Assembly: GCA_051439605.1 (NCBI GenBank)
Contig: JBFRWN010000088.1
Location: forward strand, 1-42,117
Length of the DNA: 42,117 nucleotides
Direction: 5' to 3'
Source of the DNA: Synechococcus sp.
GTDB taxonomy: Bacteria > Cyanobacteriota > Cyanobacteriia > Thermostichales > PCC-7336
The position numbers were made by a program, and so were the translations under genes. Under the pieces are notes generated by a model. That model saw nothing but the letters and a program-made list of their open reading frames with translations. It had not been told where the DNA came from and did not search any database. This document shows, one piece after another, positions 27,266-35,953 of this stretch (its first letter is position 1; the number at the start of each line of letters is the position of its first letter).

Positions 27266-28287
27266 AGTTTCCGTTTTTTCAAGGTCAGGGGGTTCAACAA
27301 CCTAAAAAAGTGTTGGCAGAGCTGTCTCCGTCTCGTCGTCACACGCAAGACTTGCACCCTTCGAAATATCGTCCCGACGAGGGGCTAGTGGCTGCCTGTA
27401 ACGTAGCGTTGTTGTTGGGGCAGCCATTGCTGCTGACGGGTGAGGCTGGAACGGGGAAAACCTTATTTGCCGACTGTTTGGCCTGGGAATTGGGGTTGGG
27501 GCAGCCGTTGAAATTCGAGACCAAGTCCACCAGCACGGCCAAAGAGCTGTTCTACACCTTCGATACGTTGAAGCGGTTTCAAGATGCTCAGGCCGGTGAT
27601 GAAACCGGGAACCCGTTGGATTATTTGACTTACCAGGCATTGGGGTTGGCTATTCTCCAGACGCGATTGCCCAACGAAATCGCAAACTTTCTGCCCGAAG
27701 GATTTTCCGACTACGAGCCACGACGATCGGTGGTGCTGGTGGACGAGGTGGATAAGGCGCCGCGAGATTTTCCCAACGACATCCTCAACGAACTGGAGCG
27801 GCTGTATTTTCGCATCCCCGAACTGAAAACCGCCCGAAGCGCAGCCGATCGCGGTATTCCCACCATCGCAGCGGATCCGGAATTGCGGCCGATCGTCATC
27901 TTTACCAGCAACTCCGAAAGAGATCTGCCGGATGCCTTTTTACGTCGCTGTGCCTTCTACAACATCCCTTTCCCCGATCGCGATCGCTTGCTGGATATCG
28001 TTGCTGCTCGCTTGGGATTGAGTACCGCCGACAACGAAGTCTTCCTCACCCAGGCTTTAGACCTTTTCGAGCGTTTGCGGGAGGACCGATCCGGCTTGGC
28101 CAAGAAACCTGCGACGGCGGAGCTGTTGGGCTGGTTGATCTCGCTGCAGGATCTGTCGGAGGGGGCGGAGAATCCTCTATCGGAGGCGGAGGTTGTGGAG
28201 AGCGGATTGAGCAGCTTGATTAAAACGGCTTCGGATCGCGAGAAAGCGCTCAAGATTGTCAAGCGATGGTTGGAGGAGACGAAATAA
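27262..28287 (+). CDS. MoxR family AAA+ ATPase
   Basis: NVALLLGQPLLLTGEAGTGKT, VLVDEVDKAPRDFPNDILNE, TSNSERDLPDAFLRRC, KKPATAELLGW. Confidence 0.95.
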   Translation: MKFPFFQGQGVQQPKKVLAELSPSRRHTQDLHPSKYRPDEGLVAACNVALLLGQPLLLTGEAGTGKTLFADCLAWELGLGQPLKFETKSTSTAKELFYTFDTLKRFQDAQAGDETGNPLDYLTYQALGLAILQTRLPNEIANFLPEGFSDYEPRRSVVLVDEVDKAPRDFPNDILNELERLYFRIPELKTARSAADRGIPTIAADPELRPIVIFTSNSERDLPDAFLRRCAFYNIPFPDRDRLLDIVAARLGLSTADNEVFLTQALDLFERLREDRSGLAKKPATAELLGWLISLQDLSEGAENPLSEAEVVESGLSSLIKTASDREKALKIVKRWLEETK

Positions 28288-31200
28288 TGGCCGGGTGGCC
28301 GCGACCGGATCAATTGCTTGGTTTTATCGACCAGCTGAGGAGGTTGGGTTACAACATCGGCGTCTCTCAGTACATTGCCGCGCAAGATCTCGTCTTGGAA
28401 CTTTATGCCCGTGGTGAAAGCCCCGATGTTCTGGGGCAAATGCTCGGTCCGCTGCTGTGCAGCAACCCCACTGAACAGGCAGATTTCCCCCAACGCTGTG
28501 ATCGCTGGCTAGCGAGTTTGGGCATTGAAAGCGAGCCCACTAAGCCGGTGGGGGAAGGAGCGGAACGGTTTCGACGCGAGCTAGAAGAACTCGATCTCCG
28601 CAGTAAGTGGATTCCAAGGGTCGTTGCGATTTTGGCGGCAGTGGGATTGGCGGCGATTGCCTACTGGATTTACCGGCAATGGTTTGCAACTGACATAGTA
28701 GTCTCCAACCCCGATCCAATGCCTACCCCCGATCCAGTAGTTACTTCCTCTCCAACGATTGCCCCCAATCCAATACCTTCAGCCACTCCTTCAGCCATCC
28801 CCTCAGCTACTCCAACTCCCGAAGAGGCACCGATCTCCGAGGACTGTCGGGTGCGAGAACCGGTCGATCGCCTGTTTTGGCTGGGTATTGGATTTTTGGT
28901 GCCTGCGCCGGCCTATTTGGCGTGGCAAGGGGGGTTGCTTTGGTTGGCCAATCTTTACTTGATGCGCCGTCCGATGCAAGGGGAGCCGGAACTGGATCGC
29001 GTGGCGCTTGAGGGGCTCGATCGCGATGTCTTTCCCAGCTTTTCGATGTTGCGCATTGCTCAAGGGTTGCGACGGCGGTTTCGGGTGGCCTCCCCCCAGC
29101 TGGATGTCGATCGCACGGTGCAAAAGACCGTTGACAACGCGGGCTGGTTTACCCCCGCCTACGGCTTCCAACAGGTGTTGCCGGAATACCTCGTGCTGGT
29201 CGATCGCAGTGGATTTCGCGACCACCAAGCCAGATATATCGAAGAGACTCTCAACCATCTGGCGGGGAGTGGGGTGTTTATGGTCACTTACTATTTCAGC
29301 GGCGATCCCCGCATGTGTTATTTGCCGTCCGAACCCACTCGGTTGTTAAAGCTGGCGGATGTGCTGGATAAGTATCCCCAACATCGCTTGCTGGTGTTTG
29401 CGGATGCGGAGGTATTTTTCAATGGCTTTACCGGGGAGTTGGAGCCTTGGGTGGAGTTGCTGTTCAAAGCACCCCATCGAGTTTTGCTGACTCCTGAACC
29501 GCCGGAATTGTGGGGGTATCCAGAGGAAGAATTGGGTCATATTTTCACGGTTGTGCCCGCTTCCCTGGATGCCCTGATGGAGTTCGTGCGCCGCTTTGAC
29601 AGCGGCAAGCCCTATCAACCGCCTTTGGGGACTGCTGCCCCACTGCCGGAAATGTTGCGGGAGCGACCGCAACGCTGGCTCGATCGCAATCCGCCGCCTT
29701 CCGAGGCGATCGCCCAGATGTTCGAGGCGTTACAGGTTTATTTGGGCGATCGCGGCTTGTACTGGTTGGGGGCTTGCGCGATTTTTCCCAAGTTGAATTG
29801 GAATTTGACGGTGTTTTTGGGGCGTGTGCTGGAAGAAAAAAGGGGGGAGCAACTGCTGGATGTGAGTTTGTTAGTGGCGATGTCTCGGCTGCCTTGGTTT
29901 CGGCAGGGGCATATGCCGGATTGGATGCGGGTGGAGGCGATCGCCGAGTTATCGGACGAGCAAGAATGGGCGGTGCGTGATGCGCTGGACGGACTGATTT
30001 ACCAAACCGTGAGTGGGGAGACGTTTCCGGGGGCGGAGCGGGCGGTGGTGTTGGAAATCGTCAAGCAGAATGCGGATGTGCTGGCTCGGGTGGGTCAACC
30101 GCTGTTGCGCTTGCTGTCTTGGAGGTCTGGGAAGGAGAGTGCCCTGCGCGATCGCTTGTTTCTGGATTTTATGGTGGGGCGCAAGCGGGATAGGTTGGCG
30201 GTGCACGTGCCGAAACCGAAGGCTTCGTCAAAGAAAGAAGAGATTCGACTGACTCGCCCCCTTTGGAAACGGCGTCAGGTTATTCAGTTGGGGGTGTTCG
30301 CCAGTGCTGCTGTTGGGTCGGCGATGCTGGGGTTGATAGCCCTGACACCGGAGTTGGCTTACAAGGTGGCGACGATTCGCCTATTGGGTGAGATAAATGG
30401 ATTTGCGTTTAGCCCCAATGGCAGATTGCTAGCCGTTGCGGGTGGGAATTTGATACATCGGTGGAATCTGGCTGACAGTTCGTTAGAAGAAGAGCCAGTT
30501 GAGGTGGAAAACGCTCAAGTCGAATTGGCGCAATTTAGATCCACAGGTCGTTTACGGCCCGCTGAATCCGACATTGATGCGTCGACAGATATTTTGCGCA
30601 TTGGTGCCAATGGAAAACTGCAAGCCACTTTGAATGACGGGGGTGAAGTTAGTCTTGGGCCAGTGGAAGGGCCGCCCACGGTGACATTGCCGGGGGGTTA
30701 TGTTGATGTTCGGGTGAGCTCGGGCAGCGACGTGGTTGCTACGGTGGATGCAAACGGTACTGTCGCTCTTTGGCAAGCCGATGGCGCTCCGATCTCCATT
30801 CTTCAAGGAAATATTTCTGCTTTGCAATTGAGTCCCGATGGCGAGCGGGTTGCTGTTGTGACTGATTTGGGTGAAGTCCGCTTATTTCTAATAGATGGAA
30901 CGCTACTTTCCCAATGGCAAGCCGTGCAACTGACGCGAGAAACCACTGAAAGTTCGATCGGGGGGATTCAGTTCAGTCCGGATGGCCAAACTCTGGCGAC
31001 TGCAAATCGAGACGGGTTGATTAGTTTGTGGGATCTGGAAGGAAACTCAATCGGCTCACTGTTTGATTTTGCTAACGGACCCAGTATTGATGTCGAGACT
31101 ATGAGTCTCAAACGACTAATCGATCGCCGATCGCAAACCTTCGATAGTCTGAGCCAACAAAATAGTTCGGATCCAGAATTGCAGCAACAACTGCAAGACC

Positions 31201-32186
31201 TGGAAGTGGATGTAGAGGAACAGGCCAAAAGAATCCAGCAACTACAGCAGTTGCCGAGTTCGGTACAGTTCGATGACTTTGCCTTTAGTCCTCAAGGGGA
31301 CCGGATTGTAGCTTTGGCAGAGGGAAGGCTTTTTTTCTTGCCATTCGACGAATCTCTCCCGGAAATATTGGGTCCTGTTGCGAGCGCGCGGGAAGACCAT
31401 CGCAATGAAATGCGCACGGAGGAATTGGGAAGTGATGTCCGACTGGAAATGATGAACATCCCCCCCGGCTGTTTTCGGATGGGGTCGCCTGAATCTGAAG
31501 AGGATCGCGATGACGATGAAGGTCCGACGCGCGAAGTGACTATCGCCAGCTCCTTTTGGATGGGTCGATATCCCGTTACCCAAGCCCAGTGGAGAACAGT
31601 GGTGGAAATGACTCGGGACGATCCGGAGTTCGATCTCGAACTCGTTCCCGATCCTTCAAGTTTCAAAGGGGACGATCGCCCTGTCGAGAGTGTCAGTTGG
31701 TTTGATGCTGAAGAGTTTTGCAAGCGACTGTCTAAATTGACCGGAAAAGACTATCGGCTGCCCAGCGAAGCAGAATGGGAATATGCCTGTCGGGCGGGAA
31801 CGACAACGCCGTTTCACTTCGGGCCGACCATTACTACGGACTTGGCAAATTACCGAGGAATTGAAACCTATGGAGGTGGCCCCGAAGGTATCTATCGCCA
31901 GGAAACTACCCCGGTAGACACCTTCAAATTTGCCAATGCTTTCGGTCTATCGGACATGCACGGAAATGTTTGGGAGTGGTGTGCGGACCACTGGCACGAT
32001 TCTTACGTCGGCGCCCCCCCAGGGGGAACCCCCTGGATAGAAGGAGGGGATAGTAACCGACGGGTGCTGCGCGGTGGATCTTGGGACTTCGACCCCAGGT
32101 ACTGCCGCTCGGCGAATCGTCGCTGGAGCAATCCGGGCAACTGGTTCAGCGGCGTCGGTTTCCGTGTCGTGTGTTCCTCGGCGTGA
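28287..32186 (+). CDS. DGR target: vWA-like + TM + WD40 repeats + FGE-sulfatase (C-type lectin fold) protein
   Basis: ATG 28287 overlaps the MoxR stop (TAATG). LDVDRTV and YLVLVDRSG are vWA-like; three hydrophobic segments; FSPNG/SPDG/FSPDG/FSPQG WD40 blades; [46 protein letters not shown] and GFRVV define the FGE-sulfatase domain. Confidence 0.92.
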   Translation: MAGWPRPDQLLGFIDQLRRLGYNIGVSQYIAAQDLVLELYARGESPDVLGQMLGPLLCSNPTEQADFPQRCDRWLASLGIESEPTKPVGEGAERFRRELEELDLRSKWIPRVVAILAAVGLAAIAYWIYRQWFATDIVVSNPDPMPTPDPVVTSSPTIAPNPIPSATPSAIPSATPTPEEAPISEDCRVREPVDRLFWLGIGFLVPAPAYLAWQGGLLWLANLYLMRRPMQGEPELDRVALEGLDRDVFPSFSMLRIAQGLRRRFRVASPQLDVDRTVQKTVDNAGWFTPAYGFQQVLPEYLVLVDRSGFRDHQARYIEETLNHLAGSGVFMVTYYFSGDPRMCYLPSEPTRLLKLADVLDKYPQHRLLVFADAEVFFNGFTGELEPWVELLFKAPHRVLLTPEPPELWGYPEEELGHIFTVVPASLDALMEFVRRFDSGKPYQPPLGTAAPLPEMLRERPQRWLDRNPPPSEAIAQMFEALQVYLGDRGLYWLGACAIFPKLNWNLTVFLGRVLEEKRGEQLLDVSLLVAMSRLPWFRQGHMPDWMRVEAIAELSDEQEWAVRDALDGLIYQTVSGETFPGAERAVVLEIVKQNADVLARVGQPLLRLLSWRSGKESALRDRLFLDFMVGRKRDRLAVHVPKPKASSKKEEIRLTRPLWKRRQVIQLGVFASAAVGSAMLGLIALTPELAYKVATIRLLGEINGFAFSPNGRLLAVAGGNLIHRWNLADSSLEEEPVEVENAQVELAQFRSTGRLRPAESDIDASTDILRIGANGKLQATLNDGGEVSLGPVEGPPTVTLPGGYVDVRVSSGSDVVATVDANGTVALWQADGAPISILQGNISALQLSPDGERVAVVTDLGEVRLFLIDGTLLSQWQAVQLTRETTESSIGGIQFSPDGQTLATANRDGLISLWDLEGNSIGSLFDFANGPSIDVETMSLKRLIDRRSQTFDSLSQQNSSDPELQQQLQDLEVDVEEQAKRIQQLQQLPSSVQFDDFAFSPQGDRIVALAEGRLFFLPFDESLPEILGPVASAREDHRNEMRTEELGSDVRLEMMNIPPGCFRMGSPESEEDRDDDEGPTREVTIASSFWMGRYPVTQAQWRTVVEMTRDDPEFDLELVPDPSSFKGDDRPVESVSWFDAEEFCKRLSKLTGKDYRLPSEAEWEYACRAGTTTPFHFGPTITTDLANYRGIETYGGGPEGIYRQETTPVDTFKFANAFGLSDMHGNVWEWCADHWHDSYVGAPPGGTPWIEGGDSNRRVLRGGSWDFDPRYCRSANRRWSNPGNWFSGVGFRVVCSSA
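32061..32186 (+). repeat. DGR variable region (VR)
   Basis: 126-nt gap-free match to 33697-33822 with 23 mismatches, 18 of them opposite TR adenines (manual codon alignment). Confidence 0.97.
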
Positions 32187-32272
32187 TTCTCCTTCCCTTT
32201 ATACTCTAACCCTGTAACCCTTTACACTCGAATTTATTCACTCAAAAAACTCGAACAGGGTGCAGAAGTCTT

Positions 32273-32623
32273 ATGAACGAGCTGCCGATTATTCAAAAAA
32301 TCTACGATCTGATTAAATGGTACGTACCGATTTTGAATCGTCTGCCCAGGAACCACAAGTACTTGCTTGGAGATCGAATTATTTCAGGTCTTTATGACTT
32401 TCTAGAAGGATTAGTATTAGCGAAATATGCTCAAGAAAAATTGGGCCGATTGCAGAAACTGAACGCTCAATTAGCATTGCTAAGACATCAAAGCCGCCTT
32501 TTATTAGACTTTGAACTAATCTCGGTCAAGCGCTACGAATATATCGCAACATTATTGAAAGACATCGGCCTCGATCTGGGCGGATGGATTAAACAACAAA
32601 GAAAGCGCCAGGTAAATCAATGA
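32273..32623 (+). CDS. avd: DGR accessory variability determinant Avd
   Basis: 116-aa basic helical protein [14 protein letters not shown]...[13 protein letters not shown]...[14 protein letters not shown]-coupled to the RT gene. Confidence 0.95.
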   Translation: MNELPIIQKIYDLIKWYVPILNRLPRNHKYLLGDRIISGLYDFLEGLVLAKYAQEKLGRLQKLNAQLALLRHQSRLLLDFELISVKRYEYIATLLKDIGLDLGGWIKQQRKRQVNQ

Positions 32624-33678
32624 AACGAATCGGAAATCTTTGGCCTCTGGTTACGGACTTTGCTAACCTACTACATGCCGCCCGCAAAGCCCAAAAGGGC
32701 AAGCGCTTTCGCAACAACGTCCTTGCTTTCAATTACAACCTCGAACAAAATCTCCTCGACCTCAAAACTCAGCTAGAAGCCAAGACCTATCGCCCTGGCT
32801 CCTTTCGCACGTTCGAAATCGTAGAACCCAAGCACCGCATTATTTCCGTCGCTCCCTATCGTGACCGAGTCGTTCACCACGCCCTCTGCAACATCATCGT
32901 CCCCATCTTCGAAAGCACCTTTATTGCCGACACCTACGCTAACCGAATCGACTACGGCACCCACAAAGCCTTGCAGCGCTTCACAACATTTGTCCGCTCC
33001 AGTAAATACATCCTTCAATGCGACATCAAAAAATATTTTCCAAGTATCGACTTGGAAATCCTCAAAACTCTTATTCGCAAAAAAATAAAATGCAAAGATA
33101 CCCTTTGGCTAATCGATACCATTATCGACAGTAGCAACGAACAAGAACCAACATACGACTATTTTCCAGGAGATACCCTCCTTACCCCTAGTCAACGCCG
33201 ACGCGGTTTACCCATTGGCAACTTAACCAGTCAATTCTTTGCCGGAATCTATCTCAACGGATTCGACCATTTCATCAAAGAACAACTAAAAGCTAAGAAA
33301 TATGTCAGATATGTTGATGATTTTGCGTTGTTTGCAGACGATCCCAAATATCTCAAAGATGCAAGAGATGCCATTGAAGACTACTTGGTAAAACTCAGAC
33401 TCAAAATCCACCCGGTCAAAAGCCAACTATTCGAAACACGCATTGGGGCCACATTTTTAGGCTTCAGAATTCTGCCAGATCGCATCCGCATCCGAACCGA
33501 AAATCTCCGCCGTGCCAAACGCAGACTGCACCAATTTCAAGCGGACTACGCCCGAGGTAAGATGAATTTTCAAGACATCGCCCATTCCATCCGCAGTTGG
33601 CAAGCCCACCTAAACCACGGCGACACCCACCAACTGCAACACCAGCTATTCGCAGATCTCGTCTTTTCGAGATCGTGA
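32620..33678 (+). CDS. DGR reverse transcriptase
   Basis: [42 protein letters not shown] (DGR-type SQ motif) and YVRYVDDF are intact; no maturase or endonuclease domain. Confidence 0.97.
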   Translation: MKRIGNLWPLVTDFANLLHAARKAQKGKRFRNNVLAFNYNLEQNLLDLKTQLEAKTYRPGSFRTFEIVEPKHRIISVAPYRDRVVHHALCNIIVPIFESTFIADTYANRIDYGTHKALQRFTTFVRSSKYILQCDIKKYFPSIDLEILKTLIRKKIKCKDTLWLIDTIIDSSNEQEPTYDYFPGDTLLTPSQRRRGLPIGNLTSQFFAGIYLNGFDHFIKEQLKAKKYVRYVDDFALFADDPKYLKDARDAIEDYLVKLRLKIHPVKSQLFETRIGATFLGFRILPDRIRIRTENLRRAKRRLHQFQADYARGKMNFQDIAHSIRSWQAHLNHGDTHQLQHQLFADLVFSRS

Positions 33679-33696
33679 AGAAGGGGCGGGCACTTC

Positions 33697-33822
33697 CGGG
33701 TGCTGCGCGGTGGATCTTGGAACAACAACCCCAGGAACTGTCGCTCGGCGAATCGTAACAGGAACGAGCCGGACAACAGGAACAACAACAACGGTTTTCG
33801 TGTGGTGTGTTCCTCGGCGTGA
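33697..33822 (+). ncRNA. DGR template region (TR)
   Basis: AAC-rich copy of the VR (AACAACAAC..., AACAACAACAACGGT) just downstream of the RT stop. Confidence 0.97.
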
Positions 33823-33973
33823 GCTCTCCAAAGCTAGAACTAGCGGATGGGAATTCGTTGGGAGAGCGAAGGAGAGTCCAGACCCGCCCCCGCGATGTCG
33901 GCGACGGCATCCGAACATCCCCCGGAGCCAGTCAGCTTGGTAGGTTGATTGCTGAACAGTTGATTGGCTCTCC
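33823..33973 (+). ncRNA. Structured 3' spacer of the DGR RNA
   Basis: Hairpins GCTCTCC/GGAGAGC, GCTAG/CTAGC, GATGTCG/CGGCATC and GAGCCAGTCAGCT/AGTTGATTGGCTC. CCCGCCCC (33883-33890) is complementary to GGGGCGGG (33683-33690), upstream of TR. Confidence 0.65.
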
Positions 33974-34245
33974 AGTCTTCGGCATCCGAAAATCTCGGGC
34001 TGCATCAATTAAGGGTGGAGACAAGTCATGCCAAAAATTTCTTGCCTTTGCCCCTTCCGAGTAAACCCTACCTCGAACCGACCTGGTTCCATTCGATGTA
34101 GGGCGATCGCAATACTGCAGTCAAATACCTGAACAAACCTGAACGGTCTCCTGAACTTTTCGGGATTTTTTCTGCCAAGCTATTTCGGGATACTGAGGCC
34201 ATCGAAGCACAGGGCGCAGCCCACCCACCACTGGAGCAAGACATC

Positions 34246-34470
34246 ATGGCCTCTCTGATCTACCGCGGCGTATCTTACCAAGCATCTGCATGCGCAACCG
34301 TCGAGACCGACCGACAAACCACGTTTCGCGGCCGCAAGGCAAACGTCATTAGCCCGGTTAAGTCCCCTGCAACCTTACCTGCAGACATTCAGTTCTTCGG
34401 TCGCCACGCTACCCCCGCCACCCTTGAAAGAACCATCATCCTCGATGTCAGCGGATGGGCTACCGCCTAA
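34246..34470 (+). CDS. DUF4278 family small protein
   Basis: MASLIYRGVSY N-terminus with repeated FRG/FFG motifs; GGAG RBS. Confidence 0.8.
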   Translation: MASLIYRGVSYQASACATVETDRQTTFRGRKANVISPVKSPATLPADIQFFGRHATPATLERTIILDVSGWATA

Positions 34471-34527
34471 GCGAGCGAACCCGTTATATCCAGCGAAATC
34501 TCATTAAGCTGCTTTGGAGTTAGACAC

Positions 34528-34695
34528 ATGTACTCGCTTTCCCCCGATCGTAACGAGCTAGACGGATATCCGGTCCATCCCGTTCAACGATTGCAAGTCA
34601 TCGATGGTGGGAAACAAACCGAGCAAGCACAACCCCTAGCTCGATGGATTCTTCGCGACGGTAAACTCATTTGCCAGTGGAATGTCAAACAGTAA
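34528..34695 (+). CDS. 55-aa small protein (below the ORF-track cutoff)
   Basis: GGAG RBS at 34516. Translates as MYSLSPDRNELDGYPVHPVQRLQVIDGGKQTEQAQPLARWILRDGKLICQWNVKQ; the ARW....GKL.C.W ending recalls cyanobacterial small proteins. Confidence 0.65.
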   Translation: MYSLSPDRNELDGYPVHPVQRLQVIDGGKQTEQAQPLARWILRDGKLICQWNVKQ

Positions 34696-34781
34696 TCCCC
34701 GTTGACCCGAAGGAGATCGGCTGTTCGGGCCCCGAGCGAATCCAAGCCCTTCGGGTGACAAGGTGTCAACCTCTTTAGAAT

Positions 34782-34812
34782 GGCCGGCTTCTATGTGAGT
34801 CGGTCTTTTTTT
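34782..34812 (+). terminator. Intrinsic terminator
   Basis: GGCCGGCTT-CTATGT-GAGTCGGTC stem followed by T7. Confidence 0.75.
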
Positions 34813-34959
34813 CGATCGTCAAGCGCATGTCCCCTCTCGCTGCAAAAGTCCATTCTTTAGAGTCTCCAATATTGTTTGCTTCCGCGGCTAGTCAGACCTG
34901 AATGCGATCGCCGAGGCTCTTCGAGAGGGAATAGTATTGCCCACTAAGGATTTTTTGAT

Positions 34960-35223
34960 TTGTATAATCGGCCTTATGTGAAGCAATTGTTGGTGATGCA
35001 GATGTATCTAGAAAAGAAACGGCTTCCTGAACTGCAACACTTTGTGCCTCTCTGCATGAGCTGTAGGACCTGCATCAGCTGGTCACCGCGGGGAACTGAT
35101 GAACAGGGGGTTTGCTCAAAGCTTGCTGTCGTTACCCATCAAGGAATTTGTTCGAAAGGACTGATTACTCCTGCCGAGCATGGGTGCAAGCACTGGGACT
35201 CCCGCGTTGCCACTCTCAACTAA
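34960..35223 (+). CDS. Small Cys-rich putative metal-binding protein
   Basis: CMSCRTCISW...GVCSKL...ICSKG...EHGCKHW. The true start is probably ATG 34996 or 35002. Confidence 0.5.
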   Translation: MYNRPYVKQLLVMQMYLEKKRLPELQHFVPLCMSCRTCISWSPRGTDEQGVCSKLAVVTHQGICSKGLITPAEHGCKHWDSRVATLN

Positions 35224-35953
35224 CACTTGCCTGTCTGACTTGATGAAGCCGGTTCGCAAGGATGGTGAAATTGTCCTGGTGGATTAAGCTCCTGTGCCAC
35301 GTCGAACTAAGACTGCCGATCTCGATGTGTCTCAACCCGTCGGTTAACGTACGGTTTTCCGGAGTATTTGAGGTAAACAAGCTCAGGGATAGTTGGAAAC
35401 TGAGGCATGTAACCCATTGAAGATACTGGCGGTAGATAAAGACGAATCCTACCAAGAGCTTCTGAAAGAAACATCAAACGGCTCGATTTAAATTTAGAAA
35501 AACCTCAATTGCTTCAGCTGAATACTTGCGTGCGAGTCTCTGCACTAGAGATACACGGGGCTCATTAAAGACGCAGCCCCGCTCAAGTAGACAACGGATT
35601 CGTCTGTCCTTATTATCCCCGACCCTCGAGAAAAAAGAGAGAGGGGATCGGGATATTTTCGAGAATTCGAAGCATGCCCGATCTCTGGGGGAGCACACAC
35701 GGCGATCGCAGCCTCGAGCTTCAAATAAATCGGCTTTCTTTAGATCTTAGCTCTGCTCCGTTATCGACGTCCGATCCAGAATCAGTCGGTTTTGAGGCAG
35801 TTCCAATCTTTGAATCTCTTGCCACTCCTAGCTTTGAGAGGGTTCGGCCATCGACTTGGGGGGTAATCTAAAACACGTTGAGTTCGTGACGTTGGCTGTG
35901 CAAACCCAGCCCAAGCCAGCCGGTCGATTCAAAAGCGCATTCGTTCTTCTTTT

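Noticed and set aside
28700..28830. Pro/Thr-rich repeats as a DNA repeat element
   Set aside because: Explained as a low-complexity protein linker between two TM helices.
32620..33678. RT as a group II intron, retron or CRISPR-associated RT
   Set aside because: No maturase domain or retron VTG motif; the LTSQ motif, adjacent avd and TR/VR pair identify a DGR.
33646..34064. ORFs overlapping the TR (33646-34008, 33710-33943, 33807-34064)
   Set aside because: Low-complexity Thr/Val-rich translations of the AAC-rich template; the region is better explained as non-coding DGR RNA.
34180..34245. Glutamine riboswitch upstream of the DUF4278 gene
   Set aside because: Such riboswitches often precede DUF4278 genes, but only a GGCGCAG fragment is visible and I cannot see the CGTTCA/GGAACG pairing. 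An Rfam scan would be needed.
35216..35953. Short ORFs on both strands upstream of the exonuclease gene
   Set aside because: No RBS, motif or consistent frame; treated as intergenic or decayed sequence.
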